Source: Candidatus Hodarchaeaceae archaeon
GTDB taxonomy: Archaea; Hadarchaeota; Hadarchaeia; Hadarchaeales; Hadarchaeaceae
Direction of reading: 5' to 3'
Length of the DNA stretch: 64,000 nt
Assembly (NCBI GenBank): GCA_030018135.1
Contig: JASEGJ010000001.1
Coordinates: forward strand, 74,991 to 138,990
The first letter of the stretch is position 1, and each line of letters opens with the position of its first letter. Below the pieces are notes generated by a model that saw nothing but the letters and a program-made list of their open reading frames with translations, did no database searches and was not told the origin of the DNA. Shown here piece after piece: positions 44,059 to 53,820 of this stretch. The position numbers and the translations under genes were made by a program.

Positions 44059-44430
44059 TCATCCGCTGCTCAGGAACCTAAACTGGGGCAAGGGGGCCTG
44101 AAAGACGAGCATCTCTACATCCTCTGCCGCAAGGTTAACTGCGGAGTGCGGCACACCCTCGGACGCGACGATGATATCGCCGGGGCCGACCTCAAATTTT
44201 TCCTTGCCAACCGTAAAAGTTGCTCGACCCCTCAGGATGTATATCACATCGTCGGAATTCGAGTGAAGATGTCTTGGGAATTCGTGGCCCGGCAAGATCC
44301 GAAGCAGAGTTAGCTGGCAGTGTTTATTGCCGATTTTCGCTGGATGCACTAGCAAGCGCAGGCGGTTGTCTCCCGCAGCGGTTGTTTCCTCGACTTCATC
44401 TACGACAATCCTGGTCAGATAACCCACCAC
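44059..44430 (-). CDS. cupin-domain protein
   Basis: 123 aa, two-motif cupin pattern (HxH…E and PxG…H region: HLHSNSDDVIYIL…GPGDIIV). Confidence 0.7.
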   Translation of the reverse strand: MVGYLTRIVVDEVEETTAAGDNRLRLLVHPAKIGNKHCQLTLLRILPGHEFPRHLHSNSDDVIYILRGRATFTVGKEKFEVGPGDIIVASEGVPHSAVNLAAEDVEMLVFQAPLPQFRFLSSG

Positions 44431-44587
44431 TAATCAGTTGAGATGGTGGACGAAAAAAAGCTTGCAATCCCCCCCATTGTGTGGCAGACTCGCTCCAAAT
44501 GACTCAATGTCGAGCGCCCCCATGAAGGTTTATGCCGACACCGTTTTCTCTTTATAAAGTGCTTTCGGCCAACGGCCCGGCGGGGTT

Positions 44588-44983
44588 ATGAACGAAAGCG
44601 GCCAACTGATGGGTGTCCCTATAAAGCTCGTGATGGCGCTCGTCATAGGCACCATGACGATGGGCATATTGATGCAGTTTGTCGGCACGGCCGAGCGAAC
44701 TATACTCAGGGACATGAAGGTGACATTTCCTCGCACAACCAGCGACAATCTGACGGTTAAGGTCTTCGATGCCCAAAGCGGGGATGCCTTAGGCGATGCA
44801 ACTATTGTGGTCAAGTACCCCGGAGGCATGAAGGCCCACACTTGCGGCGAGAGCTCAAATCAGAACAGGTTTAGCATACCTATGAATGGCGCCGATTGCG
44901 TCGTCGTGACCGTGCGGGTAACCCGCCACGGCTACATCCCGTGGGAAGGGGAGGTCGCGGTGACGGCAGCCAAGAAGAAGTAG
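44588..44983 (+). CDS. pilin-like protein with class-III-like signal peptide (first gene of putative operon)
   Basis: MNESG/QLMGVPIKLVMALVIGTMTMGIL: short polar N-terminus then about 22 hydrophobic residues; TATA-like TTTATAAAG about 40 bp upstream. Confidence 0.45.
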   Translation: MNESGQLMGVPIKLVMALVIGTMTMGILMQFVGTAERTILRDMKVTFPRTTSDNLTVKVFDAQSGDALGDATIVVKYPGGMKAHTCGESSNQNRFSIPMNGADCVVVTVRVTRHGYIPWEGEVAVTAAKKK

Positions 44984-44990
44984 TGATAGC

Positions 44991-45413
44991 ATGGAACTGC
45001 GGTGCGATATCGTGGGCATCGAGACCTTACCAGTGACATTGTTGCTCGGCACGATAATCGGCGCTTGTGCGCTCGGGCTCGGGGCCAGATGCCTAACCAA
45101 CTTGCAAAGCCTGACGGAGAAACAGCGAGCGACCGAGAGCTTTGATGCCCTTGTGGAGCGGGCAACGGCAGTCGGCATGGGCGGTGCTGGTGGCAGGCAG
45201 CGGGTCGAACTTGACCTGCCCAACAGCAAGATAGTCTGCCGCGGAAGGCTCCTACAGCTTGTTTTGGACGATGAGATACGAAGGAGCAAAATCATGCCCC
45301 TGCCGATCCTCGTCGATGGCAACGATGCATGGGAAATCAATACCGGGTACTACGAGATCGAACTCCGCCGAGATAATTTTGGCAATTGTCTCCTAAAGCT
45401 GCGGAGGCTTTGA
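44991..45413 (+). CDS. pilin-like protein (N-terminal hydrophobic helix)
   Basis: MELRCDIVG/IETLPVTLLLGTIIGACALGLGA. Confidence 0.4.
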   Translation: MELRCDIVGIETLPVTLLLGTIIGACALGLGARCLTNLQSLTEKQRATESFDALVERATAVGMGGAGGRQRVELDLPNSKIVCRGRLLQLVLDDEIRRSKIMPLPILVDGNDAWEINTGYYEIELRRDNFGNCLLKLRRL

Positions 45414-45841
45414 CGATGAACCAGCATGGATTGCTCATGGATTTTCTATTTTGCAAGATCGGCGTGGCGCTCGCGGCGATATCGTTGATCGGCGCTTCCA
45501 TGGCAATGTCATCAAGCTTTCAACGCGAGACAGGACGGGATGAGCTAGCGGCGGTGGGAGATACTATTGCACGCGCAATTTTTGCGGCTGATGCCATGCC
45601 CGGCGAGGTGCAACTTGTGCGCGAACTTCCACCCCTTCGACAACAGTTTAGGATTACAATCGTTGGCGCTCGCAGCGACGGCATGCAAGTTGTCCACGTA
45701 CTCGTGGACGGTCGAAGTCAGGATAGACGCGTAATAATGGTGGGGAACAAGGTCAACGGCGGCGAGTTTGAGTTCAGCTACAGCAACCCCTCGATTGTTA
45801 TGGTGAGCAAAAATGAGCAAATTTTCTTGGGGTTGGTCTAA
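45386..45841 (+). CDS. pilin-like protein (N-terminal hydrophobic helix)
   Basis: …NQHG/LLMDFLFCKIGVALAAISLIGASMA; overlaps upstream gene end. Confidence 0.4.
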   Translation: MSPKAAEALTMNQHGLLMDFLFCKIGVALAAISLIGASMAMSSSFQRETGRDELAAVGDTIARAIFAADAMPGEVQLVRELPPLRQQFRITIVGARSDGMQVVHVLVDGRSQDRRVIMVGNKVNGGEFEFSYSNPSIVMVSKNEQIFLGLV

Positions 45842-46294
45842 TTGGATCAACTTTCGGTTGGCGAGGACCTTTTCGCGACGCTCATCGTTGCCAGCCTAGC
45901 AGTACTGTTCGTTGCGGCGCTAGTGCACTCCTACCATGTGTACGCTGAGCGAAAAAATGCCCAAGAGGGCTTAAGCCTAGCGCTCGACATCGCGAACCAG
46001 CTTAAAAATGAAGTCTTAGCCAAGCACGAGAACTATGTATGCCCCGGACTCATCAACCTAAAGACATTCGACAAGGAACTTTCAAGATACCACCAACTGC
46101 TCTTTAAACAGGGGATAAAGCTACGCGTCGAGGTTAGAAAGCTAGACGGTGAGCTCGCCCTAGCTTATGGCGCCAAAGCCAGCCAGCTCGGTCGATATTT
46201 CTCGCCCCCATGCTCCGTGAGCCTTCCTGTCACCATTGCCGAAACGCCCGCATCCCGCTCGCTCGGTGAGCTGATAGTGTGGGTTTGGAGGTAG
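45842..46294 (+). CDS. pilin-like protein (N-terminal hydrophobic helix)
   Basis: MDQLSVG/EDLFATLIVASLAVLFVAALV. Confidence 0.4.
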   Translation: MDQLSVGEDLFATLIVASLAVLFVAALVHSYHVYAERKNAQEGLSLALDIANQLKNEVLAKHENYVCPGLINLKTFDKELSRYHQLLFKQGIKLRVEVRKLDGELALAYGAKASQLGRYFSPPCSVSLPVTIAETPASRSLGELIVWVWR

Positions 46295-46298
46295 CAAA

Positions 46299-46958
46299 AT
46301 GGACAGACGCGGTCAAGGGCATGTGGTCGACATGTTGGTTTTTGCGTTGATGGTAACTCTCGCGTGCTCGCTCTTAGTTAAGGCAAGCCCGGTTGAGTCT
46401 CGGGCGATAAACGATCGCTACGCCGCCAACCTCGCACAAAGTATATTGTTGACGCTTCAAAACGCGACTGCGGACGAGTTCGGGGGCCTTGAATATTCGC
46501 TTGATCTTCGGACGGCTTGGGGGCCTAGCGAGCGCAAGTTAAAACACAAAACACTGGCACAGCTGTTGGTTGAGGATGCGCTTTGCAACCTGCGCGCAGA
46601 GATCAACGGTCGTGAAGTCGCGGGGCTTAGGTCGAGCCAAGATCTAGACAATAAAGTCCACAAGTTCTTGACTGACGTACTAAGCAAGCTGATCGGCGGG
46701 CGTTTTGACTACAGCTTGACGGCGAGGGCGGAATCCTTAAAAATCTCGTCAACTGTTCGAGTTTATTTTGAGACCTCGATCAAAAGCTTGAGCGGCGAGG
46801 AGCAGCGGCAGCAAATTTGTTCAGAAACGATCGCGATGAGTTTGCCCATCCCCAAGCAGGAGTTAGTTGTGCGCCTCCTGAGCATAAATCCGATCGAGCT
46901 CTTTCAACTTGAGCCGGAAATTGCCGTTGAAATAACTCTCAGCTTGTGGTCGAGATGA
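46299..46958 (+). CDS. pilin-like protein with canonical class-III signal (RRG/Q)
   Basis: MDRRGQGHVVDMLVFALMVTLACSLLV: KR-G-Q followed by hydrophobic stretch, the archetypal prepilin peptidase (PibD/FlaK) substrate pattern. Confidence 0.5.
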   Translation: MDRRGQGHVVDMLVFALMVTLACSLLVKASPVESRAINDRYAANLAQSILLTLQNATADEFGGLEYSLDLRTAWGPSERKLKHKTLAQLLVEDALCNLRAEINGREVAGLRSSQDLDNKVHKFLTDVLSKLIGGRFDYSLTARAESLKISSTVRVYFETSIKSLSGEEQRQQICSETIAMSLPIPKQELVVRLLSINPIELFQLEPEIAVEITLSLWSR

Positions 46959-48214
46959 TGGAAAAGCACGGCTTCATGCCGTTCAGCGCAGCGGGTTTTC
47001 TCATTGTGATGCTAGTTGTCGCGATGATCGGGCGTGCGGCGTGGTCGCAACATCATCAAACCATGAACGCGATCGATGACATCAACAGCATGTCGCTTTT
47101 AACCGTTACCGCGGGCGTTCAAAACGATCTTCGACATGTGGCGCGCTACGCGGTTTACAGGGCGCTCTGGCAGGTCTGCAAGCATGCTGATGACTACAAA
47201 AACGATGAGGCGCGTGTACAAGCGATTGAAAAGCTTGCAGCTGAGTACTTCCTCAAACATGCCGAAGGGCTACCGCAGGCCTACATTAGTGCGCGCGTCA
47301 GGCTTGAGCTTCCCGACGGCCAGCCATCCTTTAATCTGCGGCAGGCAGAAAACGGATATGTGCTCGCCAGGGTTGAATTGCCCGGGCAGGCACGCATAGG
47401 GATCAGTTCCCTCGACAACGGTACCAAGCTCACGCTTTCCTGCACTGGTTTCGAGGTTTGGGTTGATTGCCGCTATTTCCTGTTGCAGGAACGCATGCGC
47501 AAGTTTGTCGATGATATCGATGAAGTTTGCTCAAGTTGGATGCGCGCCGAGTATGCTGCGGCCTGGGGACAGGCGTTGATGGGCCAGGTTTGGCTAAACG
47601 ACAAACGCAGCAGGGCCCTTTTCGAGCTGGCTTGGAAGAATCACGAGCTTAATACCTTTGGGTCGGCCGACTATCTTGAAATGCCCACATCGGCGGAGTT
47701 TAACATGAGCGCACCTTCGGACATCAACTTTAACTCAAACATTGATATCGCGCCGGTGAGCGTTGCCGACGCACAAAGGATAGAGGGCCATATCGACCGC
47801 GCCCTCGCAGCCCTTCGCCGTGCGGAGGTGGGGTTGAAAAATGCCGAGGGATCGATCGAGGTGGCGCTCGACATCGTTCGAAAAAATTCCATTCTGTCAG
47901 AAAACTTGGATGCCAAAAGCGCCATGCTCGGCAACGTGAAAAAGGAGCTAAACAAGGCCATTGAAACGCTAGAAAAGGCTGGGAGCGACGTTCGAGAAGT
48001 TGGCATGGAGTTTGAGCAACTCGTCGCATTCGTAAAAGGTAAGGCCGAGGGTAACCTGTTGATGAAATTGCTCTATCGTGGCTTGACCTCCTCCGACGGC
48101 AACTACCCGCCGCTGGCGCAACGCGTCTCTTTGGGCCTTGCGGGGGTTGAGGACAAATTAATGGGACTGTCGGTGGCAAATGAACAATATGCAGAAGCTC
48201 AGCGCATCGGATAA
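46946..48214 (+). CDS. large (422 aa) pilin-like / pilus-associated protein with class-III-like N-terminus and C-terminal coiled coil
   Basis: …EKHG/FMPFSAAGFLIVMLVVAMIG then about 390 aa soluble region ending in heptad-rich segment. Confidence 0.4.
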   Translation: MVEMMEKHGFMPFSAAGFLIVMLVVAMIGRAAWSQHHQTMNAIDDINSMSLLTVTAGVQNDLRHVARYAVYRALWQVCKHADDYKNDEARVQAIEKLAAEYFLKHAEGLPQAYISARVRLELPDGQPSFNLRQAENGYVLARVELPGQARIGISSLDNGTKLTLSCTGFEVWVDCRYFLLQERMRKFVDDIDEVCSSWMRAEYAAAWGQALMGQVWLNDKRSRALFELAWKNHELNTFGSADYLEMPTSAEFNMSAPSDINFNSNIDIAPVSVADAQRIEGHIDRALAALRRAEVGLKNAEGSIEVALDIVRKNSILSENLDAKSAMLGNVKKELNKAIETLEKAGSDVREVGMEFEQLVAFVKGKAEGNLLMKLLYRGLTSSDGNYPPLAQRVSLGLAGVEDKLMGLSVANEQYAEAQRIG

Positions 48215-48986
48215 CTTGGGCTCGCTCGAAGACCACCTCGTCGAGCTTCACGAGGACGTCAAATTTCAAGTGTGGAGCTTGCTGGTCTCGCCCTCGCCAA
48301 AATACTGCGAGGAATATCAAGAATACCCTGACCCAGAAGTTTACAACTATGAAAGGGATGGTCCATCGTCGATCGTCCGAAGCGCCAATGTTTACATCCT
48401 CAGCGAGCCGGATGGTACGATAAGCGCATTAAGAGCAACCTTGTTGGATACAAGGAACAATTTGGAAAAAGTGGAAAGCGTAGCTAAAAACCTCGAACGA
48501 AAGCAAGAGGACTTTAAAGGCGCAGAGATAAGCGAGGAGTTAAGACAATCCCCCGTGGGTTCAGACCCAAGGTTCCTCGATGGGCTCGACCGCGAGTGGG
48601 TGTACGAAACCATACCGCCGCCCCCGATTCGAAAACAACCCGGGCTTTCGGTGTTTCATGATTTTAGCATCAAAGAAGTAAGATACGAAAGAAGGGACCC
48701 GCTGGGTTGGCTCGATGCGGGCGCGCCACCGACGCCGATACCCCTTTGGTTTATAGGCGTGACCCTGTACTGGGCACAGTGGGAGGTTACGCTCGAGCTA
48801 GAGGACAAGCCTGTCGAGGAGATATTTGACTTCGAAAATCCAGTGCTGCCCAGGTCGCTGCTTGAAGGGTCCAACGGTTTAACAATCGTTCATAAGCCGT
48901 TGGGGTACCGCTTTGAGGTGCCCCGCGAGCGGTTCAGCTTTACCTTGTTGATCGTCAGCCCGACGCCATTTGAAATCGATGCCTAA
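48180..48986 (+). CDS. hypothetical soluble protein, last gene of pilin-like operon
   Basis: 268 aa, no N-terminal TM; overlaps upstream gene by 35 nt. Confidence 0.35.
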   Translation: MNNMQKLSASDNLGSLEDHLVELHEDVKFQVWSLLVSPSPKYCEEYQEYPDPEVYNYERDGPSSIVRSANVYILSEPDGTISALRATLLDTRNNLEKVESVAKNLERKQEDFKGAEISEELRQSPVGSDPRFLDGLDREWVYETIPPPPIRKQPGLSVFHDFSIKEVRYERRDPLGWLDAGAPPTPIPLWFIGVTLYWAQWEVTLELEDKPVEEIFDFENPVLPRSLLEGSNGLTIVHKPLGYRFEVPRERFSFTLLIVSPTPFEIDA

Positions 48987-49011
48987 AAGTGCGCGCAAGA
49001 TCTCGAGGCCC

Positions 49012-49470
49012 TCAGAAGCCGGTTGCCCGCTTTCTACTACGGGCTTTTGTCTCAACCTGAACCATAAGCGCCTGGAGCTCCACGACACGTTCGTTGAGCT
49101 TTTCGAGTTCGTTTCCGACGAGTTGCAGTTCCCGCGAAAGCGCATCGATCCGGGCGAGCAGCGCAAAACGTGCGTCATCAAGCGCTTCTCTGAAGATTTC
49201 CCTAACTTCGGCTCCCAACCGTGATGTTCGCGGCTCAAGCTTGGCCTCTTGAAATTCGGCCGAAACGCGATCGATGAGCAAGTGAACCTGCTCGCCGGGC
49301 AGGCCTATGCCGGTCAGCGTGTCATATACCTCATCGTCGGCGAAGCCCAAGCGTTTCATGGACCTGATTACGTCCGAAGCTGCTACACCGCCATTTGATT
49401 TTGGCACACTTCCCGTTGAGCCTTTAGTCTGGAAAGGTTTAAAAACGGAAAACTTGCGGCGAGGCAACAA
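49012..49470 (-). CDS. hypothetical coiled-coil protein (convergent to pilin-like operon)
   Basis: 152 aa, C-terminal heptad-rich segment (LSRELQLVGNELEKLNERVVELQALMVQVE). Confidence 0.3.
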   Translation of the reverse strand: MLPRRKFSVFKPFQTKGSTGSVPKSNGGVAASDVIRSMKRLGFADDEVYDTLTGIGLPGEQVHLLIDRVSAEFQEAKLEPRTSRLGAEVREIFREALDDARFALLARIDALSRELQLVGNELEKLNERVVELQALMVQVETKARSRKRATGF

Positions 49471-49536
49471 CCTCGGTTAAGTTTTAGGATGTGAGTGCGT
49501 AGAAAATGGTGGGTCAAAAAATTGGTGGGTCAAAAA

Positions 49537-50055
49537 ATGATTAAGTTTGATAACATAACGGTCAGGATCAAACGCGGAGATCTAACTAAGGAAAGGGTCG
49601 ATGCCATCTGTAACCCCGCAAACAGCCTGATGTTGATGGGCGGGGGTGCAGCGGGCGCGATAAAGCGGGCAGGAGGCAAGGGAATAGAGGAGGAGGCATT
49701 GAAGCACGCGCCAGTTTCCATTGGAAAGGCGGTCGCGACTGCCGCTGGCAGGCTCAGGGCACGATGGGTAATCCATGCGCCCACGATGGCCAAGCCAGCG
49801 ATGCGCACTTCGAGCGAAAGCGTCTACCTCGCCACCAAAGCCGCGCTCGAGTGCGCCGAAAAAATGGGAGCTAAAAATTTCGCCATCCCCGGTATGGAGA
49901 CGGGGATAGGTGGGGTCTCATTCGATGCCGCTGCTGGCGCGATGGTCAAAGCGCTCAGGGATTTCGGCCCAATATCGAGGTCGCTGAAGGAAATCGTTTT
50001 ATGCGATTTGAGCGAGGAGATGGTCGGCGCTTGGGCGAGGGAGTTGACCAAATGA
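49537..50055 (+). CDS. macro-domain protein (ADP-ribose binding / O-acetyl-ADP-ribose deacetylase family)
   Basis: GDLTKERVDAICNPANSLMLMGGGAAGAI macro-domain signature; start at MIKFDNITV. Confidence 0.8.
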   Translation: MIKFDNITVRIKRGDLTKERVDAICNPANSLMLMGGGAAGAIKRAGGKGIEEEALKHAPVSIGKAVATAAGRLRARWVIHAPTMAKPAMRTSSESVYLATKAALECAEKMGAKNFAIPGMETGIGGVSFDAAAGAMVKALRDFGPISRSLKEIVLCDLSEEMVGAWARELTK

Positions 50056-50972
50056 TAAAGCTTCAGGGTTTAACCCGCAAGTTTAACGGGCTCGTCGCGG
50101 TCGATGGCTTGACGTTCGAAGTTGGGGAGGGAGAGATCTTCGGCCTGCTGGGCCCCAATGGTGCTGGCAAGACCACGACGGTTCGGATGCTGTGCTGCCT
50201 CATCAAGCCGACCGGGGGTAAAGCGTTCGTCGGTGGGTACGAGGTAGGCAAGGACGCGCTAAGGGTGAGGGAAATCGTCGGCCTGCTCCCCGAGGCGCCC
50301 GGGCTCTACGGCGAGCTAAGCGCGTACCGAAACCTAGAATTCTATGCCAAGCTTTACGGCGTACCCAAGCGGAGGCGCGAGGAAAATATTGAACGATTTC
50401 TGAAAATGCTCGGCCTTTGGGGGCGGAGGGACGACCCCGTTGCGACGTTTTCTAGGGGAATGCAGCAGAAGCTCGCGATCGTGCGGGCGATGGTCCACGA
50501 GCCCAAGGTCCTCTTCCTCGACGAACCGACCGCGGCCCTCGCACCCGAGTCCGCCAAGACCGTGCGCGATTTCATCCTGGAGCTTAAGCAGGAGCGGCGG
50601 ACGATCTTCCTCTGCACCCACAACCTCCACGAGGCTGAGCGACTTTGCGACCGCGTGGCGATTACAAACAGCAAGTTAATAGCGATTGGCTCGCCGAGCG
50701 AACTCGAGCAGAAGTTCGGCCCGAGCAGGACCGAAATCCGCCTCGAGCGGGTGAGCAGAAAAATAGTGGATGCGGTCAGAAGGCTAAAGCACGTGAAGGG
50801 CGTCGAGGTGGTCGGGGACAAGCTAATGGTCGAGGTTGAGGACCCAGAGGCTGCAAACCCGGTGATAGTCGAGGCCGTAGTCAAGCATGGCGGAAGGGTG
50901 CGTTACGTGGCGCGCGCCGTCCATGCGCTCGAGGAAACCTACTTGAGGTTGGTGAGGGAAAGTGAGGCCTGA
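50055..50972 (+). CDS. ABC transporter ATP-binding protein (ABC-2 type exporter)
   Basis: GPNGAGKTT Walker A, ABC signature FSRGMQQKL, Walker B FLDEPT. Confidence 0.8.
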   Translation: MKLQGLTRKFNGLVAVDGLTFEVGEGEIFGLLGPNGAGKTTTVRMLCCLIKPTGGKAFVGGYEVGKDALRVREIVGLLPEAPGLYGELSAYRNLEFYAKLYGVPKRRREENIERFLKMLGLWGRRDDPVATFSRGMQQKLAIVRAMVHEPKVLFLDEPTAALAPESAKTVRDFILELKQERRTIFLCTHNLHEAERLCDRVAITNSKLIAIGSPSELEQKFGPSRTEIRLERVSRKIVDAVRRLKHVKGVEVVGDKLMVEVEDPEAANPVIVEAVVKHGGRVRYVARAVHALEETYLRLVRESEA

Positions 50973-51744
50973 TAGGGTTTGGGAAATCGCGCGCAAGGAC
51001 ATGGCGAGCGTTAGAAGGCATAAGTACGTGCTCTACGGGCTTATAGGCATACCTTTAATTTTCGCTATATTTATCCCGATGGCCTCGATTTATCCGGTCG
51101 TGACTAGCGAGGAACCCTTGGATAACAAGCTGCCACCCTTTGCCCAGCCCGGGATGGCGCCGAAGCAGGCGGTGGTGACGGGATTGGCCAACATGGCCGT
51201 GCTCATGTTCATGTTTCTGCCTGCTGCAATCCCTTCGACGATAGCATCCTACACCTTCGTCGGCGAGAAGGTGAATCGGCAGCTCGAGCCATTGCTCGCG
51301 ACCCCCACGACAGATCTCGAACTCCTGATCGGCAAGGGGTTGGGCGCGTTTGTGCCCGCGATGGCCGCGACCTTCGCGTCATTTGCGGGTTTGGTGGCGA
51401 TCGTCGACGTGCTCACCTTCCCGCTATTTGGTTACCTCTTGCTGCCCAACCTGATTTCAGCGGTCGTCCTGCTGGTTTACGCCCCGCTGGTGTGCCTTCT
51501 GTCGGTCTCCTGGAGCATTTTCATCTCATCAAAAGTAAGCGATGTTAGGGCGGCAATGCAGTTGGGGATAGTGGGGATCGCCCCGGTTCTATTGTTCTAC
51601 TTCCTGTTCATGGGCGGGATTGTTTCGCTTGAGTGGATGACGCTCGTGGCCTTCGGGCTGGTGCTGGCCTCCGCAAGCGCTGGTTTATTCGCCCTGAGCA
51701 AGGCGACTTTTCAGAGGGAGGAGATTTTGACCAAGTGGAGGTGA
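50962..51744 (+). CDS. ABC-2 type transporter permease
   Basis: six hydrophobic helices; overlaps ATPase gene stop. Confidence 0.65.
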   Translation: MRPDRVWEIARKDMASVRRHKYVLYGLIGIPLIFAIFIPMASIYPVVTSEEPLDNKLPPFAQPGMAPKQAVVTGLANMAVLMFMFLPAAIPSTIASYTFVGEKVNRQLEPLLATPTTDLELLIGKGLGAFVPAMAATFASFAGLVAIVDVLTFPLFGYLLLPNLISAVVLLVYAPLVCLLSVSWSIFISSKVSDVRAAMQLGIVGIAPVLLFYFLFMGGIVSLEWMTLVAFGLVLASASAGLFALSKATFQREEILTKWR

Positions 51745-52031
51745 TCGCCCTGGGATACGCGGAGTTTAAGGCCCCAAAGGGCTTGATAAAGGTCGAGGTT
51801 GAGCTGGCGGGCGATAAAATTTCACGCGTATCAATCAGCGGGGATTTTTTTATGTACCCGGAGGAAGCGCTCGAGCGGCTTGAGGAGGAGTTGATCGGCG
51901 TTAGGGCAGAAAGGGAAAGCCTGCTAGCGGCGGTCCATAGATTTTACGGTTCGACCAGCATTCGGACTCCCATGGTCGAACCGGAGCACTGGGTGGAAGC
52001 AATTTTGCGCGCGTCAGGTGGGTCGCAATGA
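51743..52031 (+). CDS. lplB: lipoate-protein ligase A C-terminal-domain protein (LplB-like, stand-alone)
   Basis: about 95 aa matching LplA C-terminal domain (…ISISGDFFMYPEEALERLEEELIGV…); probable GTG start overlapping permease stop. Confidence 0.55.
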
Positions 52032-52834
52032 ATCCGTCAGTTGTTATAAATATAACAAAAGAAAGGGAAGGGCCGTGCAGCAGGTGGCGGCTGCTTCCGC
52101 TGAGGGTCGATGACGCTTCCACAGCGATGGCGATCGATGAGGCGCTACTGAGGTTGAACGCGGAAGGCAAGTCACCAAATACGATTCGTTTCTGGCGCTG
52201 GCTGCCCTCTGCGGTCTCCATAGGCTGCTTTCAGAGCGTCGAGCGAGAGGTGGATCTCGAGGTGGCTAAAAAATATGGTGTAGATGTCGTGCGCCGCATC
52301 ACGGGAGGCGGCGCTGTCTTCCATGATCACGACGGGGAGCTGACCTACAGCGTCGTTTGCGGGCAGGAGGACGTGCCGGCGGATATCGTGGAGTCCTATC
52401 GACTGATATGCGGCGGTTTGGTGCGGGGATTTGAGCGCTTGGGGATTCACGCCGAGTTCAAGCCGGTCAACGACGTTCAGGTCAACGGCAGAAAAATCTC
52501 GGGTAGCGCCCAGACCCGGCGATGGGGCTCGGTGCTCCAGCATGGCACGGTGCTCATCTCGCCGGATGTGCGGCGGATGTTCGAGCTGCTCAAGGTCAGC
52601 CCCGAAAAGATCTCAGATAAGTTCATCGCCCCGGTGTTCGAGCGGGTGACGACGGTCGAAAGGGAGCTTGGGCGGAGGCCAGCTTTTGAGGAGGTTAGAG
52701 ACGAGATGAGCGGAGGCCTCGCCGACGCCTTTGGCGTTGAACTCGTTGAGGCCGCGCTCTCGCGGGAGGAACTCGAGCTTGCAGCGGACCTTAGGTCAAA
52801 ATATACTTCACGGGAATGGCTGATGAAACGCTAG
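52028..52834 (+). CDS. lplA: lipoate-protein ligase A, catalytic (BPL/LPL) domain
   Basis: RITGGGAVFHD and KISGSAQ catalytic-domain motifs; 4-nt overlap with lplB. Confidence 0.8.
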   Translation: MNPSVVINITKEREGPCSRWRLLPLRVDDASTAMAIDEALLRLNAEGKSPNTIRFWRWLPSAVSIGCFQSVEREVDLEVAKKYGVDVVRRITGGGAVFHDHDGELTYSVVCGQEDVPADIVESYRLICGGLVRGFERLGIHAEFKPVNDVQVNGRKISGSAQTRRWGSVLQHGTVLISPDVRRMFELLKVSPEKISDKFIAPVFERVTTVERELGRRPAFEEVRDEMSGGLADAFGVELVEAALSREELELAADLRSKYTSREWLMKR

Positions 52835-52896
52835 GTTTTCAAGGGATTTTTCCACCCGCGAATTACCTGCATGCTTTTTTCGACGAGTGATTAAAA

Positions 52897-53820
52897 GTGG
52901 GAGATGGTGAGGGTGGGATGCTAGGCGAACTCCAACGGCAAGCATTTGAAACTAAGGTGAGACGAGATCCCACTTTTTGGGCCTGCTACCCCCATCCGCA
53001 CTTCCCTACGCTTTCCATCACCGGCGACACCTGTGCTTTACGATGTAAGCAATGCGGCCGCCGCTACCTGCAACACATGTTCGCTTGTCCGACACCAGAT
53101 GTCTTACGTGAGACATGCCTTGAGTTAGCTTCAAATGGCGCCCGAGGGGTCTTGATCAGCGGTGGCTACAACGACGAGGGGTACGTGCCATTTGAACCCT
53201 TCCTCGATTCGATCGCAAGCATAAAACGCGAAACCGGGCTCTTCTTGAACGTTCACACTGGTTTGATGCCCGCTTGGCTTGCGCGAGAACTCGGTCATGT
53301 TGGCGTCGATATGGCGAGCATCGATGTGGTGGGCAGTGATGAAACTATAAAACTCGTGCTCGGCCTAGATCGAACGACGCAAGACTACGAGCGGGCGCTA
53401 ACGACCCTCCGCTCGGCCATCCCCCACGTAGTGCCGCACATTTGCATCGGCTTGCACGCGGGCAAACTCAGGGGCGAACGAGCGGCGCTTGAATTTGTCG
53501 CGAAGATCAACCCACGGGCACTGGTCATGCTCGTGCTCGTGCCCACGCCCGGCACCGAGTTTGAACATGTCACCGGGCCGAGTCCAGCGGAGGTTGGCAA
53601 ACTCATCACTGAGGCTCGACTCAAGTTCCCTAGCGCAGTGCTGGCGCTGGGTTGTATGCGGCCGCGCGATGCTGGGCGAGCCGAGCTTCAGGCCTTACGC
53701 TCAGGCGTCGACAGGGTGGAGATCCCAGGTAAGCGAACCATCGAGGCCGCGCGCGAACTCGGGCTTAGGGTGCGGAGGCTTGACGCGTGTTGTGCGGTGC
53801 CTTGGGATGAGGAGGTTTGA
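52897..53820 (+). CDS. radical SAM protein, candidate LipS1/LipS2-type lipoyl synthase subunit
   Basis: CALRCKQC Cx3Cx2C motif; between lplA and gcvH; adjacent to second radical SAM. Confidence 0.55.
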   Translation: MGDGEGGMLGELQRQAFETKVRRDPTFWACYPHPHFPTLSITGDTCALRCKQCGRRYLQHMFACPTPDVLRETCLELASNGARGVLISGGYNDEGYVPFEPFLDSIASIKRETGLFLNVHTGLMPAWLARELGHVGVDMASIDVVGSDETIKLVLGLDRTTQDYERALTTLRSAIPHVVPHICIGLHAGKLRGERAALEFVAKINPRALVMLVLVPTPGTEFEHVTGPSPAEVGKLITEARLKFPSAVLALGCMRPRDAGRAELQALRSGVDRVEIPGKRTIEAARELGLRVRRLDACCAVPWDEEV

